A DNA stretch of 44,858 bases from Rhizaria sp. SCN 62-66 (lineage: Eukaryota). Positions 25,201 to 37,200 of this stretch are shown piece by piece; positions within the stretch are counted from its first letter, which is position 1; each line of letters opens with the position of its first letter. Position numbers and translations under genes: made by a program. The stretch spans positions 1 to 44,858 of the forward strand of contig MEDY01000250.1 in assembly GCA_001724265.1 (NCBI GenBank). Reading direction: 5' to 3'. A model generated the notes under the pieces. The model searched no databases, had not been told where the DNA came from, and worked only from the letters and a program-made list of their open reading frames with translations.

Positions 25201-28200
25201 AATGGTGGCGTTCAAGGTGATGTAAATGATGAAGACTTTGATCAAGAAGAGGATGCGCGCGATCATTTGTCAGCCGCCGGTGTATATGCCTATCTCCCAT
25301 CGACCTTAATCTCAGCATCACCATTGACTGGACCGGCATATGCATCAGCTCCTGTCCGCCAAGCCATGCTATCTCTCGACATGATTGAGGGCGGAAACGG
25401 AGTTATTCCAGGCCCACAAACAATGAGTAAACTTAAGAGTAAGAAACCTGCTGCTTTAACTTTAGGCATGGATGACAGCCTCGCCCAAGCTCAAAGCACT
25501 CACGTTACTGCTAAGGTGAGTGGTCTCAAACCTCGCCAGAAGGCGTCTCAAGCTGCCTCAGTGGTACCTCCTAGTGCCTTTACTCGTTTCAACGATAACG
25601 GCTTCCTGAAGCCTTTGACATCACCCATCACAGTTCGCGTTCAATGCTCAGTGCACCCCCACGCACCGCTGCTCACCACACCGATTCCAGCTCCAGTGCT
25701 TGAAGTCACGACACTCAAGCCGTGGCTGTTGCGTGGACTTTCTACCCCTACAGCTGCAGCTGCGACTGCAGCTGCAGCTGTAACTGCAGGGCGGGCTAGT
25801 GGGACAGCTGACGAGTATGACAGTGACGATGACGTGCACAACGATGCTGACGATGACTTCGAGCAAGACAGGGGTTTCGGCTCTGCAGTCCGTGGCCGCT
25901 CAGCGACGACGCTAGTTAACAACAACCACGGCAATAATACGTCCTCTGTCGGACCTGGTTCAACACTCGGATACGTCCTTGGATTTAGTACTCGCAACAA
26001 CTTTTCAGCTCTTGGGTCGAACACCAGCATTGAAGGCGGAAGCGGGGTAAGTCGCAGCGGCCATGGGACAACAATCTCTGCTCTCCGTCGTAGTCCCTTG
26101 AACCGCGGGCGTCTTATGTCACCTGATCAGCTTGCTCCAACGCCTTACACTGCTGTTTCTGCTGCTGCAGAGGCACTTTCTGGTGGGCTTTTGAGTGCTG
26201 AAACCGTTCATGACTTGTTTGTTGCACAACACGCAGCTTACGTTCACACCCAAGAACAATTCGACAACGCAGTTGTTGGTGGTGCATCTCAGTCTGCTTC
26301 TGGTTTGCAATCAGGTTTAAGCGATCACTCATCGCTGACTGGCGATTTGCGGGACGATATCAACAACGGCTCGACGATCACTGCTGCTGCTTTGGCCACT
26401 GCTTCGCTTATTGCGCCGATTCTGCCCAATTTGCCGACAGCTGACGGGTTATCGCGCCACCAGGGTCTTGCTCAGACAGACTCAATTGCAGCCCGTCCTA
26501 GTGGTGATTCTATAGATAACACTGTTCCTACATCGCAAAGTCACGACAATCTCAGTGCCTCAACAAGAGAGTTTGCCGATTCTCACGTCGACCGGGCAAT
26601 GCGTTCATCGCTTTCAACCTCCCAGCTCCCCACCGTTTTGTCACGTCCTCTCCCAACTCTTGCTGAGTCCCCCATGCGGTTCGGATCAGCAGGATTCAAG
26701 CTCAACTTTTCTCCCTCCGCACCGCGTCATCGCCGTGACCTGAGCTCTCCGTTATTTCTGGATACACTCGTACATAACATGTCAGCAGGAAAGCGTGGCA
26801 CTTTGGCTGGCATGAGCCCTATCACTGGCAGCTTGAAACGCGACGGTGCTGGATCAACACAAACCACGCTGTTCTCTATGTTACCGAGTGCTACCCTTAC
26901 CAAGCTTGCGAAGGGTGTGGAGCAATCGAACGCTGACACACATTTGCAAAGGTACGCTGCATTCACACACGTATCACAAAAGCACGGCCACAGGTCCAAG
27001 TATGGAGCTGAAGCGCGCACTCGCAGCAATTTACACGACATACAAGCCGATCACGCTCATCCCCATGACAGCGCGACTGACGACGACTCTCAATTAAAGC
27101 CAAAAGTACGGTTTGCAGCATCAGCACCCGTTTCCACGGTGAAAACTGGAGGGAGTCGACACGATCAGTCTAATGCGGTGTCTGACGGCATTCGCCATGG
27201 CTTGGGGAAGTACTTACCCTCGAAGCACCGTCGCCTCCTACTTTCCGCATTGACAAGCCGTGCTTCACACGTGCGTGATCCGTTCCACTCGGATACGAAC
27301 ACTGTCCAGGCACAACAGAAGCCCCAGCAACATCAGGCCCAACGCCAACAGCAGCCTTACCGTATTCGTCAGCAGCAAGGTCAAGGCCAACCTGCTGTTC
27401 GTCCCAGTGACTGTGAAGACATTGCAGATGAGCTTGAGTCGTCTGCTGCATACATTGCTGACTCTGCTGCTCAGATGGCGGTTAAGTTAGATAGTGAGAG
27501 CACGAGCTCGAAAGGTTTTGCTGATACTCCTCTTGCCCGGAATCTTTCACAAAACCGCCCTGTGACCGCTAATGCTGCTGCAGCAGCTGCTGCAACCGCA
27601 GCCGCAACAGCGCTTATCGCGAGCGAAATCTCATCCTTCGCTTCTGCTGCATGGCAAGCCGCTTCTGCAGGACCACATCCATACACCGGCGTTGGCGTCG
27701 ACCGTCACGCTGTCTCAGTCTCGCTGCCACCGTTTGCCGTCTACCTTCGTGCTGAGCAATTAGCGGTTGTTGGTCGCATTGCAAAGGAGTTGGCTGAATT
27801 CCAGCCTGCTGCTGCAGCCGCAGCTGTGCAGGCTGGCGTTATGAATCCCGAAGGCGCCAGCTCTGAAAAGAGTCCTACTAAGGGTGACAGCAAATCAGAT
27901 GGCTCTCAGTCATTGGGCGGGCTATCGTTGGTTTCACTTGAGTCACTAGCAACACAAGCGCTCTCTTTCTTGATCGCACCACGCGATCGTCTCCGTGCCA
28001 TCGGTCTTATCTTAGAGCGTTTACGCAGTGATACCTCACTTCCGCCAGGATTAATCCGTGCGCTGTCACCACTCTCGCCACTTTCGCTTGTGACTCTTTA
28101 TGCGCGTCTGCGTCGGCTGCAGCAGACGCTTCGGTGGTCGATTGCAGACGCAGGCGCATTATTCGGTGGACTCAGTCAAGACTTGCGCACGAACACTCCT

Positions 28201-31200
28201 GCTGTCTCTCGTGTGCTTCGGTCAGACGCACGGCAGCGTGCATACGCACGACTTGCTGCAGCACCTGCAGTCGCGACTGCTGAAGTAACTGCTGCGGATT
28301 CCAGCGAGGTCAAGCGTGTGATGAAGAAGATCTCTCATGTAAGGCTATGTGCCAACAGCAACGATGCAGCGCTGCCCAACAATGTCGCTACATATTGGTA
28401 CAACACTAGTGCGCAGTCCTCCAACGATGCCACGGCAGTGTCAATATCGTCGTTAGTGCCCACTTCAGCCATGCTTCCTGCGGCCCGCGCTCTCCTCTAC
28501 GATCCCATCAAGGGTGGGCCTGCGCTTGATGATGATGAAATCTCGTTCATTCTTCTCACAGTGGAGACAAACGAGGCAATTGCTACTGAGAACATGTTAA
28601 GGCGTACCCAGCGACGCGCAAAACGCCGCCAGCTTATGATGGCGCGTCTCTCTGGTGCACCATCAACTTCAGCTGCATCCGCCTCGAACAACGTCAACAT
28701 CGACCCCGAGGACTGGTCTGATCATGAAGCAGAGCGTGTTCTGACGCCAGCTGCAGCCGCTGCTCTTATGACCGCAGCTTCTGCTTGTGCGCCGATTGAT
28801 GTGACTCCTGCATTGAAACCGCGTCCTGCCAACGACGAGTCGAATGCGACTAAGACTGATGCGGCGCTTGCAGCATTTGCAGATGAAGTTCTCTCCATCA
28901 CAAGTGGTATTTCCACATATCAGCGGTATCAGGCGATCCGGTTGCAGGGACAACTGCGCAGGCACGCTGTCAAGGCTGCGAATGCTCGGGCTGCTCGACG
29001 TGATGCGGCCCGTGCTCTTGCGAATACCAATGACAATATTAGCATGAGTCTTGACGCGCCACCCCCTTTGGTCACCATAGTATCTCCACCCCGCTCTGAC
29101 AAACTACACCGCGACCCTGCAACTGATCAGAATGGATCAGCCTCTCTATCACAAGCAGATAGCACGAGTTGTCTGTCAGGCACTGCTCCCCATGTCGCAC
29201 TTAAGCCGTTGTCCATTGACCGTGCTAACAGCGCATCAACGGCGAACTTGTGGGTTCCTGCCGCAAGTGACAAGTGCCCAGTCGCAGACGCGTACTTGGC
29301 AGCTGCAATGGGCCGCTTATCCATGCGCGGTGGAGCTGCAATCTCACTATCTGCTGGTGGACGTACGTTTGATATCCACACGAGCTGGGTTGATAGTGAC
29401 AGTAGCGAGTACCTCGAGTGTGATATTGATGATGGCGACGACGAGGGTGATTTTGAAAGTGACGGTAATGGCCCGAGAACTGTAACTGACATGGGGATGG
29501 GTTCCGCGCTGAGTGGTTACCATTCATTTTCAAGTACGAACTCTCCGATTGAGTCGAATAGGCATACGTTTACCGGTAGTGCTGCCTCTGTTGCTGCATT
29601 TTCGCCAAGCTTAACTGCTGCCAGTACGAGTTCTCTTACTACCCCGACACTTTCGAGCGCACACAAGGCAAGCCCACAGGTGCTTGCACGTGGTTTCGCA
29701 ACACGCAATCTCCTTGATACCACAACAAGTCGAAATGAAAACGTGAGCTCGCCAGCTATCGGGGCCAGTCGAGCGCTAGAGCAAGAGCGTCGGCGCAAAC
29801 TTATGAAGCGTTATCGTCGTCATGCGGCCGCTGCCGCCCGTCGTGTTGGGCTCACTAGTGACAACGACGTTGGAGATGATGGCGAACTGTCATCAGATGC
29901 GTCATCTTCTGATGATGACGACGATGACTATTTTAACACTGCTGGCATTGACCACAACAATGAAAATGGTGATGACGACGATTTGCTTGAGAGAATGCTA
30001 TCTGACAGCGACCTTGAAGAGTTACTTAGCTCTCCGGACGAGCAAACCCCTGCATCGCCTTCTTTAGGATCTGCTACACTTCGCACTGTTGCTGCAGTTG
30101 CATCATCCAACGCAACTAAGGCAGCCACCGCAGAGACTATCTTTGCCCGCCGTCGTGACTTACTCGCAGCCCTCGGACGCAACCGTGCGGGCCCCAACAC
30201 TGCCGCTTTGGGGGCTGAGGGTCCAGTCAGTCACGCCTTAGCTACCGGCACAGGCACAGCACGTAGTGCACTGCTATCTCGTGCTGACCGGATGCGTAAG
30301 ATGGTATCGCAGCGCCAACGCCGTGCTGCCGCCATTTCGTTGTGGCAATCTGCCACTACGCATGTATCAAACACGGTTAGCGCTGTGATCGATCCTATCT
30401 GGCGCATGCAGGGGTTGTTAGGAGCGATTGAGCAACAAATGCTTGCCGTACGCACGCTGTTGCGTTATCGCGCAGCTGAAGCCGAGGCAGGTGTTGTTCA
30501 TCCATCGGAAGCTGCTAGTACGACTGCAAGCAGCACGAAGCTTGATTCTAATGCTTCTGCAACAATGGGAACTGCTGCTACGACTGGAGCTATCAATGAA
30601 TCCACGCCACAGGCCTTGTCTCTGACCGCAGCCGTATCCGCATCGCTTGTATCTGCAGACCCTACCGCATTTGGTGTTAAGCCAGCGTCGTCCGCAGCGA
30701 CAGTTACGCCTGGGCAACAGTTCCAGCAACTACAGCGGCGCCGAGGTACTGTCACTAAGGACTCAACTTTGAGCGACAGTAGTGCGCCTGTCGGTGGGGT
30801 GAATCGTGGGGGGCTCTATCCTGCGCACACTAACCTGAGAGACGTTGTCAGTGTAAGCACTAATAGTGATTACGACAAGGTAGAGAGCAGTGGCGATAGT
30901 AGTCGAGGCGGTGTGACTTTCTTAAGTGGCCACTCAGCATTTGTTGGTAGTCCACTTGCTGATTATGAGCACAGTGGCAATGCCATGTCATCTTCATCAG
31001 CGCTATCTCGCGCAGCTGGTGTACCTTCGAGCGTTCCGTTAGTCGCACCCAGTGGTGCGTATGAGGGAGGATGGCGCGATCAAGTCTCAGCCCGCCCGTC
31101 TCTCAATCAAGGACAACCACCACATGCAAGCAATGCCGAGTTTGCCGCAGCAGCAGTCGCATGCGCTCAACAGCAGCACCAGAATAGGGGCTCTCACATC

Positions 31201-34200
31201 TTTGGCGCTGGTCTGTCTCGCTTACTACTGCTCCCTGCTGCTACGGCTGATGAGATTGATGCAATTGCTGCCGCTGAAAGACTTGCTGCGGCTGCTGCTA
31301 TCCAATCGGTTGCCCAATTGCCATCCCAGGGATCGTTTTTTGTCGTCGACGCTGGCGCAATCACAGAACACGCCGTTTGTAGAGACTGTGGCAGTGCATT
31401 GCAACCCACTGTCGCGGTCAAGCCGACAACGGCGACTGGTACTTCGAAGTCTACTGCAGGCGTTGCAGTGGGCAGCAGTAGTAGCGCACCGTCTGGTGCT
31501 AGTCTGGGCGCGACGTCTGGTGGTAGTCAGTCGGCCGATGCAGCTGTGTTCTTCACGCTTGCACAGTCTCGCAACGCATCTGCGCTTGCCGCGCCAACAA
31601 AGGCTCACCCTGCGCCAGATGGCACGAATTCAATCGAGCAACAGTCGCAGGCGTCGTACTATCAGCCGACTATTGCGAATGTCAGCGAGTTCGTGCTGAT
31701 GTGGCTCCCACCTGCGCCATTACCGCTGCATAACATTGCCTTTAATCTCACGTTGGACTCCGTCTCGTTACTGGTTCACCGTGAGAGCGATGGCACGCCG
31801 TGGATTGACGCTACACTTGCCGGCGTGACAGTTGGCGTTGGCGTCGATGCCGCTCTTGAGCAGACAACTGGAGTCACCGTTCAAGTACGTGATTTAGTTG
31901 TCATGGACACTACTGCGCCGACTGTTGTGACCGACCGTTTCAATCGCCACGATCCAGGCAAATGGCGCGTGCTCGTCGGGCCCGATCCTGCAGTCATTGC
32001 TGCCAATGCCGCTGCTGCTGCCGCTGAGGCTGCTGCCATGGCAGCAGCGACTGCAACTGCAGGCTCCAATGCAAACATGCAATCTCGTGCTTCGAACCCA
32101 CTCGCGATGACAACATCTCAGACCCAAATGAAGGCGCAGGCGCGCGCATTTGCTCGTGCACAGAAGAACGCAACGGCGCGCTCACGATCGATCACAGCAG
32201 ATTCCGACTCTGAGTCTAGTTCTGATTCCGAGTCATCGGACTCTCACTCAGATTCTGATCCTGACGGTACGAATATGCGGCCAGTTAGTGACACGGATTC
32301 TGACATTGAAGAGGGTGCAGGCAGCTGTGTACGCAAACGTCCAATGCCGGTGACTGCGGTCGTGACAAAGGCGTGCGATGCCGCAGCGCTGTACGCTGCG
32401 TCTAGCCACAACTATCGCATCCCTCCACCTCCGCCTCTCACTTCGAGGTCTCTTGCGCTCATTGCTAGCGCGTCTACTGCAACCTCCCGTGCGAATACTG
32501 CACTCACAGTGCATTTTACATGGCGCCGCGAGATTCACCCACGCATTGTAACCGCTAAAACCACGTCTGAACTTCACAAGGAAAGTGCATTAGCAGCTGC
32601 AGACTCGCTGCCACCCACTATCGGCACCAGCGGCGCACTTTCTCCTCTCGTTTACCCAACGGCTGCGAGCTATAGCGCGTGCGGCAGCGCAGCTGCTGCT
32701 GCGCTGAGATACACTCTCGCGCCCATTTCTGCTGCGGTGACTGCTCCTGGTGTTATCGCGAGTTTGCGGCACACATATGATTCATTCTACTATGGACCCA
32801 GTGCAGCCGCATCCTCTGCTGCAACTGCTGCAGCGGCACGTGCTGCAGCGGTTGCTGTCGCTAACAGGTCAGGAGACGAGAGCAGCACCAGCACCGGCAC
32901 CGTGAATGGTGTGTGTAGCAACCCGGCGTGCACCGGTCAGGGCTCTCGCTTGGTTCCTATCGGAGTCGCAGTTGCTCCGCCAACTATTGCAACGAACGCC
33001 GCTGTTGCCGCAGCTGCTGTTGCTACGAGTAGCAGCAGTATGTACCCGTCGGCGCAGGTCTCGAGTGCGACCGCTACCGCAGCTGCCTCTGCCGCCAGTG
33101 CCGCTGCAGGCGCGACTGCTACCGCGATGGCTCTGTGCGTCCGGGCGCGCAGCGACTTTGAACGACAGTTCTTGGCGATGACGACTGCGGCGCGTGTTGC
33201 AAGTGGTCACTACGCTAACGCAGAGGAAGCTGCTGTTGTGCCTACCGTCACCTCGCTTGCTCTTGCACGACTGCTTGCAGGTGGAGATACGAATCACATG
33301 TTCACAGCCTCCGGTAATGGCGAACTCTTTTTAACGCGTGTGCTTGAGTCTGTTGTCGGTGCCACTGTCAATGCAGGCTATCAGTGGGTTCCTGACATCG
33401 GCTTAGTCAAGTCGACTCATGTTGTAAACACTGCACTCTTGACTGCAACTATGAAGCCAGATGAATCCACCGTCTCCACAGATTCTGCTGGTGGAAGGTT
33501 AACCCGCGCCCGTGCTGCTACAACGTGGGCGCCACCGACACCGATAGCTGTTAATGCGACGACTAATGAGGCCACTGGTTCTGTTGTTGGGTCCTCTGCA
33601 GCGGCGAACGCAGATCTGGCGTTAGGCCTCTGTGTCCTGACAGTCGTCGCGAAAGCACGTCTGCGTGCAGTTGCCAGGCACCGTCGTCGCACAGCAACGG
33701 CAGCAGCTGCATTCGCTGCTGTGGCCGCCGCAGGTGCAGCAGTTGCGGCAGCTGTAGATGGCCACGGTGGTGAATCTCAGGGTGCCGTGTGCGTGCCGAT
33801 GCTGCGTGGCATTGTCGGTGGCGTGTATTGCGATCAAGTTGCGACATCACGTGCATTGACAGTCACGACTCTGCCATCTTCATTACACATGAGTAGTTTC
33901 GGGACGACAGTTGGGTTTACGGGCTGTAATGGTGGCGGTAGTAGCAGTGTTATGCAGAGTTTAATAGATTCGTACTGGAGCGATCCAATCGCATCTTCGA
34001 CAGCCGCAGCAGTTGCGTCCGCTGCCTCTGCTACTGCAGCTGCCAATGCAGCGATTTCGGCTGGCAAAGACGGTAAATGCACTGCTGCAGTTACCTCCGC
34101 TGCTGCCAGTGGCTGTCTTGCTTACATGATCAGCAAGGTCGAGGCAGTCTCTTACTCGTTTATTGAGCAATTGTTATCCAGCATGCCTGCGAATGCTGCA

Positions 34201-37200
34201 AACGCAACGACAATGTGCGGGCGTGGTGCTGGTGGCCTCACCTCAGCTGCTCTAGCTCTCGCGTGTCTGCGGAGGCCCAAGGCTGTTACGCTGAGGGTTG
34301 TTGCGCCATTCGCCTTACCGAAGGCAATCAACACATCTTCTATTGATCCCACTGCTTCAGCGGCCCTTGCAGCTGTTGTGGGTAACGTTGCAGCCGCAAC
34401 TGCGACGAGCACTACAGCTGCTTTTTTTCCATCGTCAAGCGGAAATGGGCGTGCCTCATTCAGTCAGCTTGGTGCCCAAGTACTTAACCAGCAAAAGCAA
34501 CAAGAACAGGAAAGTGCGAGTGCCGCAGATTCACAGTGGCTATTGAATCTTCCAGAGCGTTCTTTGAATGGTGGTTTAACTATCATCCGAGGTCAAGGTA
34601 TGCTTGCAATGACTATGGCTGAGGTTGCTCTACGGCCCTTAGAGGTCCGTGTAACTGGCGCTACAATCGGCGGTATGATTGCGTTTGTCACAGGTTTGAT
34701 CGCCAAGCTCGAGTTCCCAGACCTTAGCAATCTTGACGCTAGTTTGCTGACAACAGCTACACTTGCATCACTTGCTCCATCTGGCAGCAAGAGTGCCGCA
34801 GCTAATGCAGCTGCAGCTGCAGCTGCAGACGCACGCCGGATGTTCCTTGGTCGCAAGTGGGCGAAGCGCCTGTCCGTGCCAGTCATTGAGCCATCTGTCG
34901 CAGTCACTCGGGCGTTTGCAGGTATGACTCTGCAGCCTAATGCAGCAAGTGTTGCAAGTAGCGGAAGTGTGGATACCACGTCATCTAGTTTGCTCACAGA
35001 TGCTGGTGATGTTCAGACTGGAAAGCTAGCTGCTGTTCCAGCGAGTCGCCGGACACAGGCTGGTTTAACCTTCAACGACGTTGGCGAGAACTCTGCATCG
35101 CACCATTTCTTTGAGGATAGCGCGTTTGATGCATTCTTCCTTCCATATACCGGCCAACTTCTTGCATCTGCGCCATTTACGCATCGCTTTACACGGCCAG
35201 TGCTGCAGTCTGCCGACACAGCAAACAAGGATGGGGCACACCCAAGTCTGAACACTAGTAATATTGCAGATGTTGCACCTCTGACCAACGCAAACGCAAT
35301 GACGCCGACACAAATGCTACTGGCGCTTGGTACGACCACAGGTGTCCCGCCCCTCAACAAGGATACTGCTTCTCTCCTGCGCAGCTTCTCTGACCCAACC
35401 TTACTTGACAAAGCGGCTGCTATTGCAAAGGTTCAGGGTGCAGTTCCAGCGTCTGTGACTGCAGGCCTGGCCGCGGCTCTTGGCCCTGTTCTATCCGCAC
35501 CTCAAGCATTGCGTCATACCCGGTTCCTGTCTCAAATTCCTGGATCTGCGGCGATGCTTGGCCCGATTACGGCGGTGGAGTCCATGGCGATGCGTGCGCT
35601 TCGGCTCACCGTCACCACACTGCCTACGGCGCCCGCTGTGATGGATGCGGCGACTCGCTTGACTGCGAAGATGCACGCAGCGAAGTCATACGGGGTTCTT
35701 TCGCCAAATAGTAACCCGAACGCGCAATTGGCGTATAGTGGTCTTGGTGGGCTGGGTGGTGGTGATCTCGGTGGGCTTGATTTGCTGCAAGTTGAGTCAA
35801 CAAGGCAGGCCAGTATGGATGACCTAACTGCGATTGAACTTGCCTTTGGCGCCAAGACAGCTGTATTGTGCCAACTTTGGGGCGGCGCAACATCGACTGT
35901 TGTTGCTCCTGCTGACCTGCGTAACACTCGCCATTGCATGAATATCATAGCGACTTCTAGCACGAGCGCGGGGACGAGTAACCCGTTCTATATGCTGCAG
36001 CAACTCCCGCCACAGGCTGAAACACAAGTACACGGCCAGACACAGATGCCTGATCTTACTCCGCGGCCTAACCACGCGAGGCATCTTAATTTCTCTGCCA
36101 TCAATGGGTCCCACAGCATGGGTATCACGACAGCAGCGCCTGCACCGTCACTACCGACGTTACCTTCGCCGATTTCCCTCAGCATCAGCCAGGTTTCCAG
36201 CAACGCTAATCTGCACTACGCAAGTGGACAGCGGACAGTTGATGGTGGTAACGACAACGGCCAGAATGAAGTTTCTGTGAGCAACCTTGCTCTTGAGGTT
36301 ACTGCTTCGTCAGCCCAGGGCGATCGCAGCCTTAATATGCTCACGCAACAACCGCAGGAGCTACAAAGCAATGAACGGACTGAACCTGATAACGACGGTG
36401 ACGATGACGACGAGGACGAAATTGTTGTAAGTACGTTTCCGCAAGTCTCTGTCTCCGGGCACTCCCAGCAACCTCAGTCGCACTCACCAGCGGTATCTGC
36501 TACGACAGTAACCAGGACCAACGCAAGCTCAAGCGCTGTCCCTGCGCTGCCCACTGCGCCTCGTCCCCGGCCGATCGGAGGCTTATCTTCTGCCGCCGCT
36601 GCAGTGGCGACAACTGTGCGCTTTTCGCCGAATCGCCGCGTGCCGACAGTCCCGGGGCAACCAAGAACTTCATCTTTGATCACAGTTTCTGGAAGTAGTT
36701 CATCGAGCGGAAACACTAGCAACACTGTCTACACATCGGGTGCAATGCCAACGATTCGTGGTGTTCCTTTAATCTCGCTCACACCGCCGCGCAGTTTGTG
36801 CTTGCTGTACGAGACTGTTTTTGCAGCACCGCCGGTTGCGGCAGAGATCAGGAGGCTTGGCTCAAGGGCGTATAGTAACACAACATCGAATGCGCTTGCT
36901 TTCGCAAGCAAGAACAACAGCCTCGCTACTGGATCTATCCCGACTGCTGCAGGCAATGCTGCCACCGATCGACTGTTGTCACCAGCAGGCACAAGCACCA
37001 AGCCTAATTCTGGTTTGCTTTCGCCAATGTCCCAGTCGCAGTCGCGCTCGCAATCACAAGCGCTTCCTTTGCTGTCCCCGTCGGGACAAGCTGAGTCACC
37101 TTCTCTCTCGTACTCGCGTCCGTTATCTCAGCCGCCAGTTCCGCCTCGTCTGCAGCAAGGGACATCAGAGTTTCAACAACCTGGTGCAGCTATTAACGCA

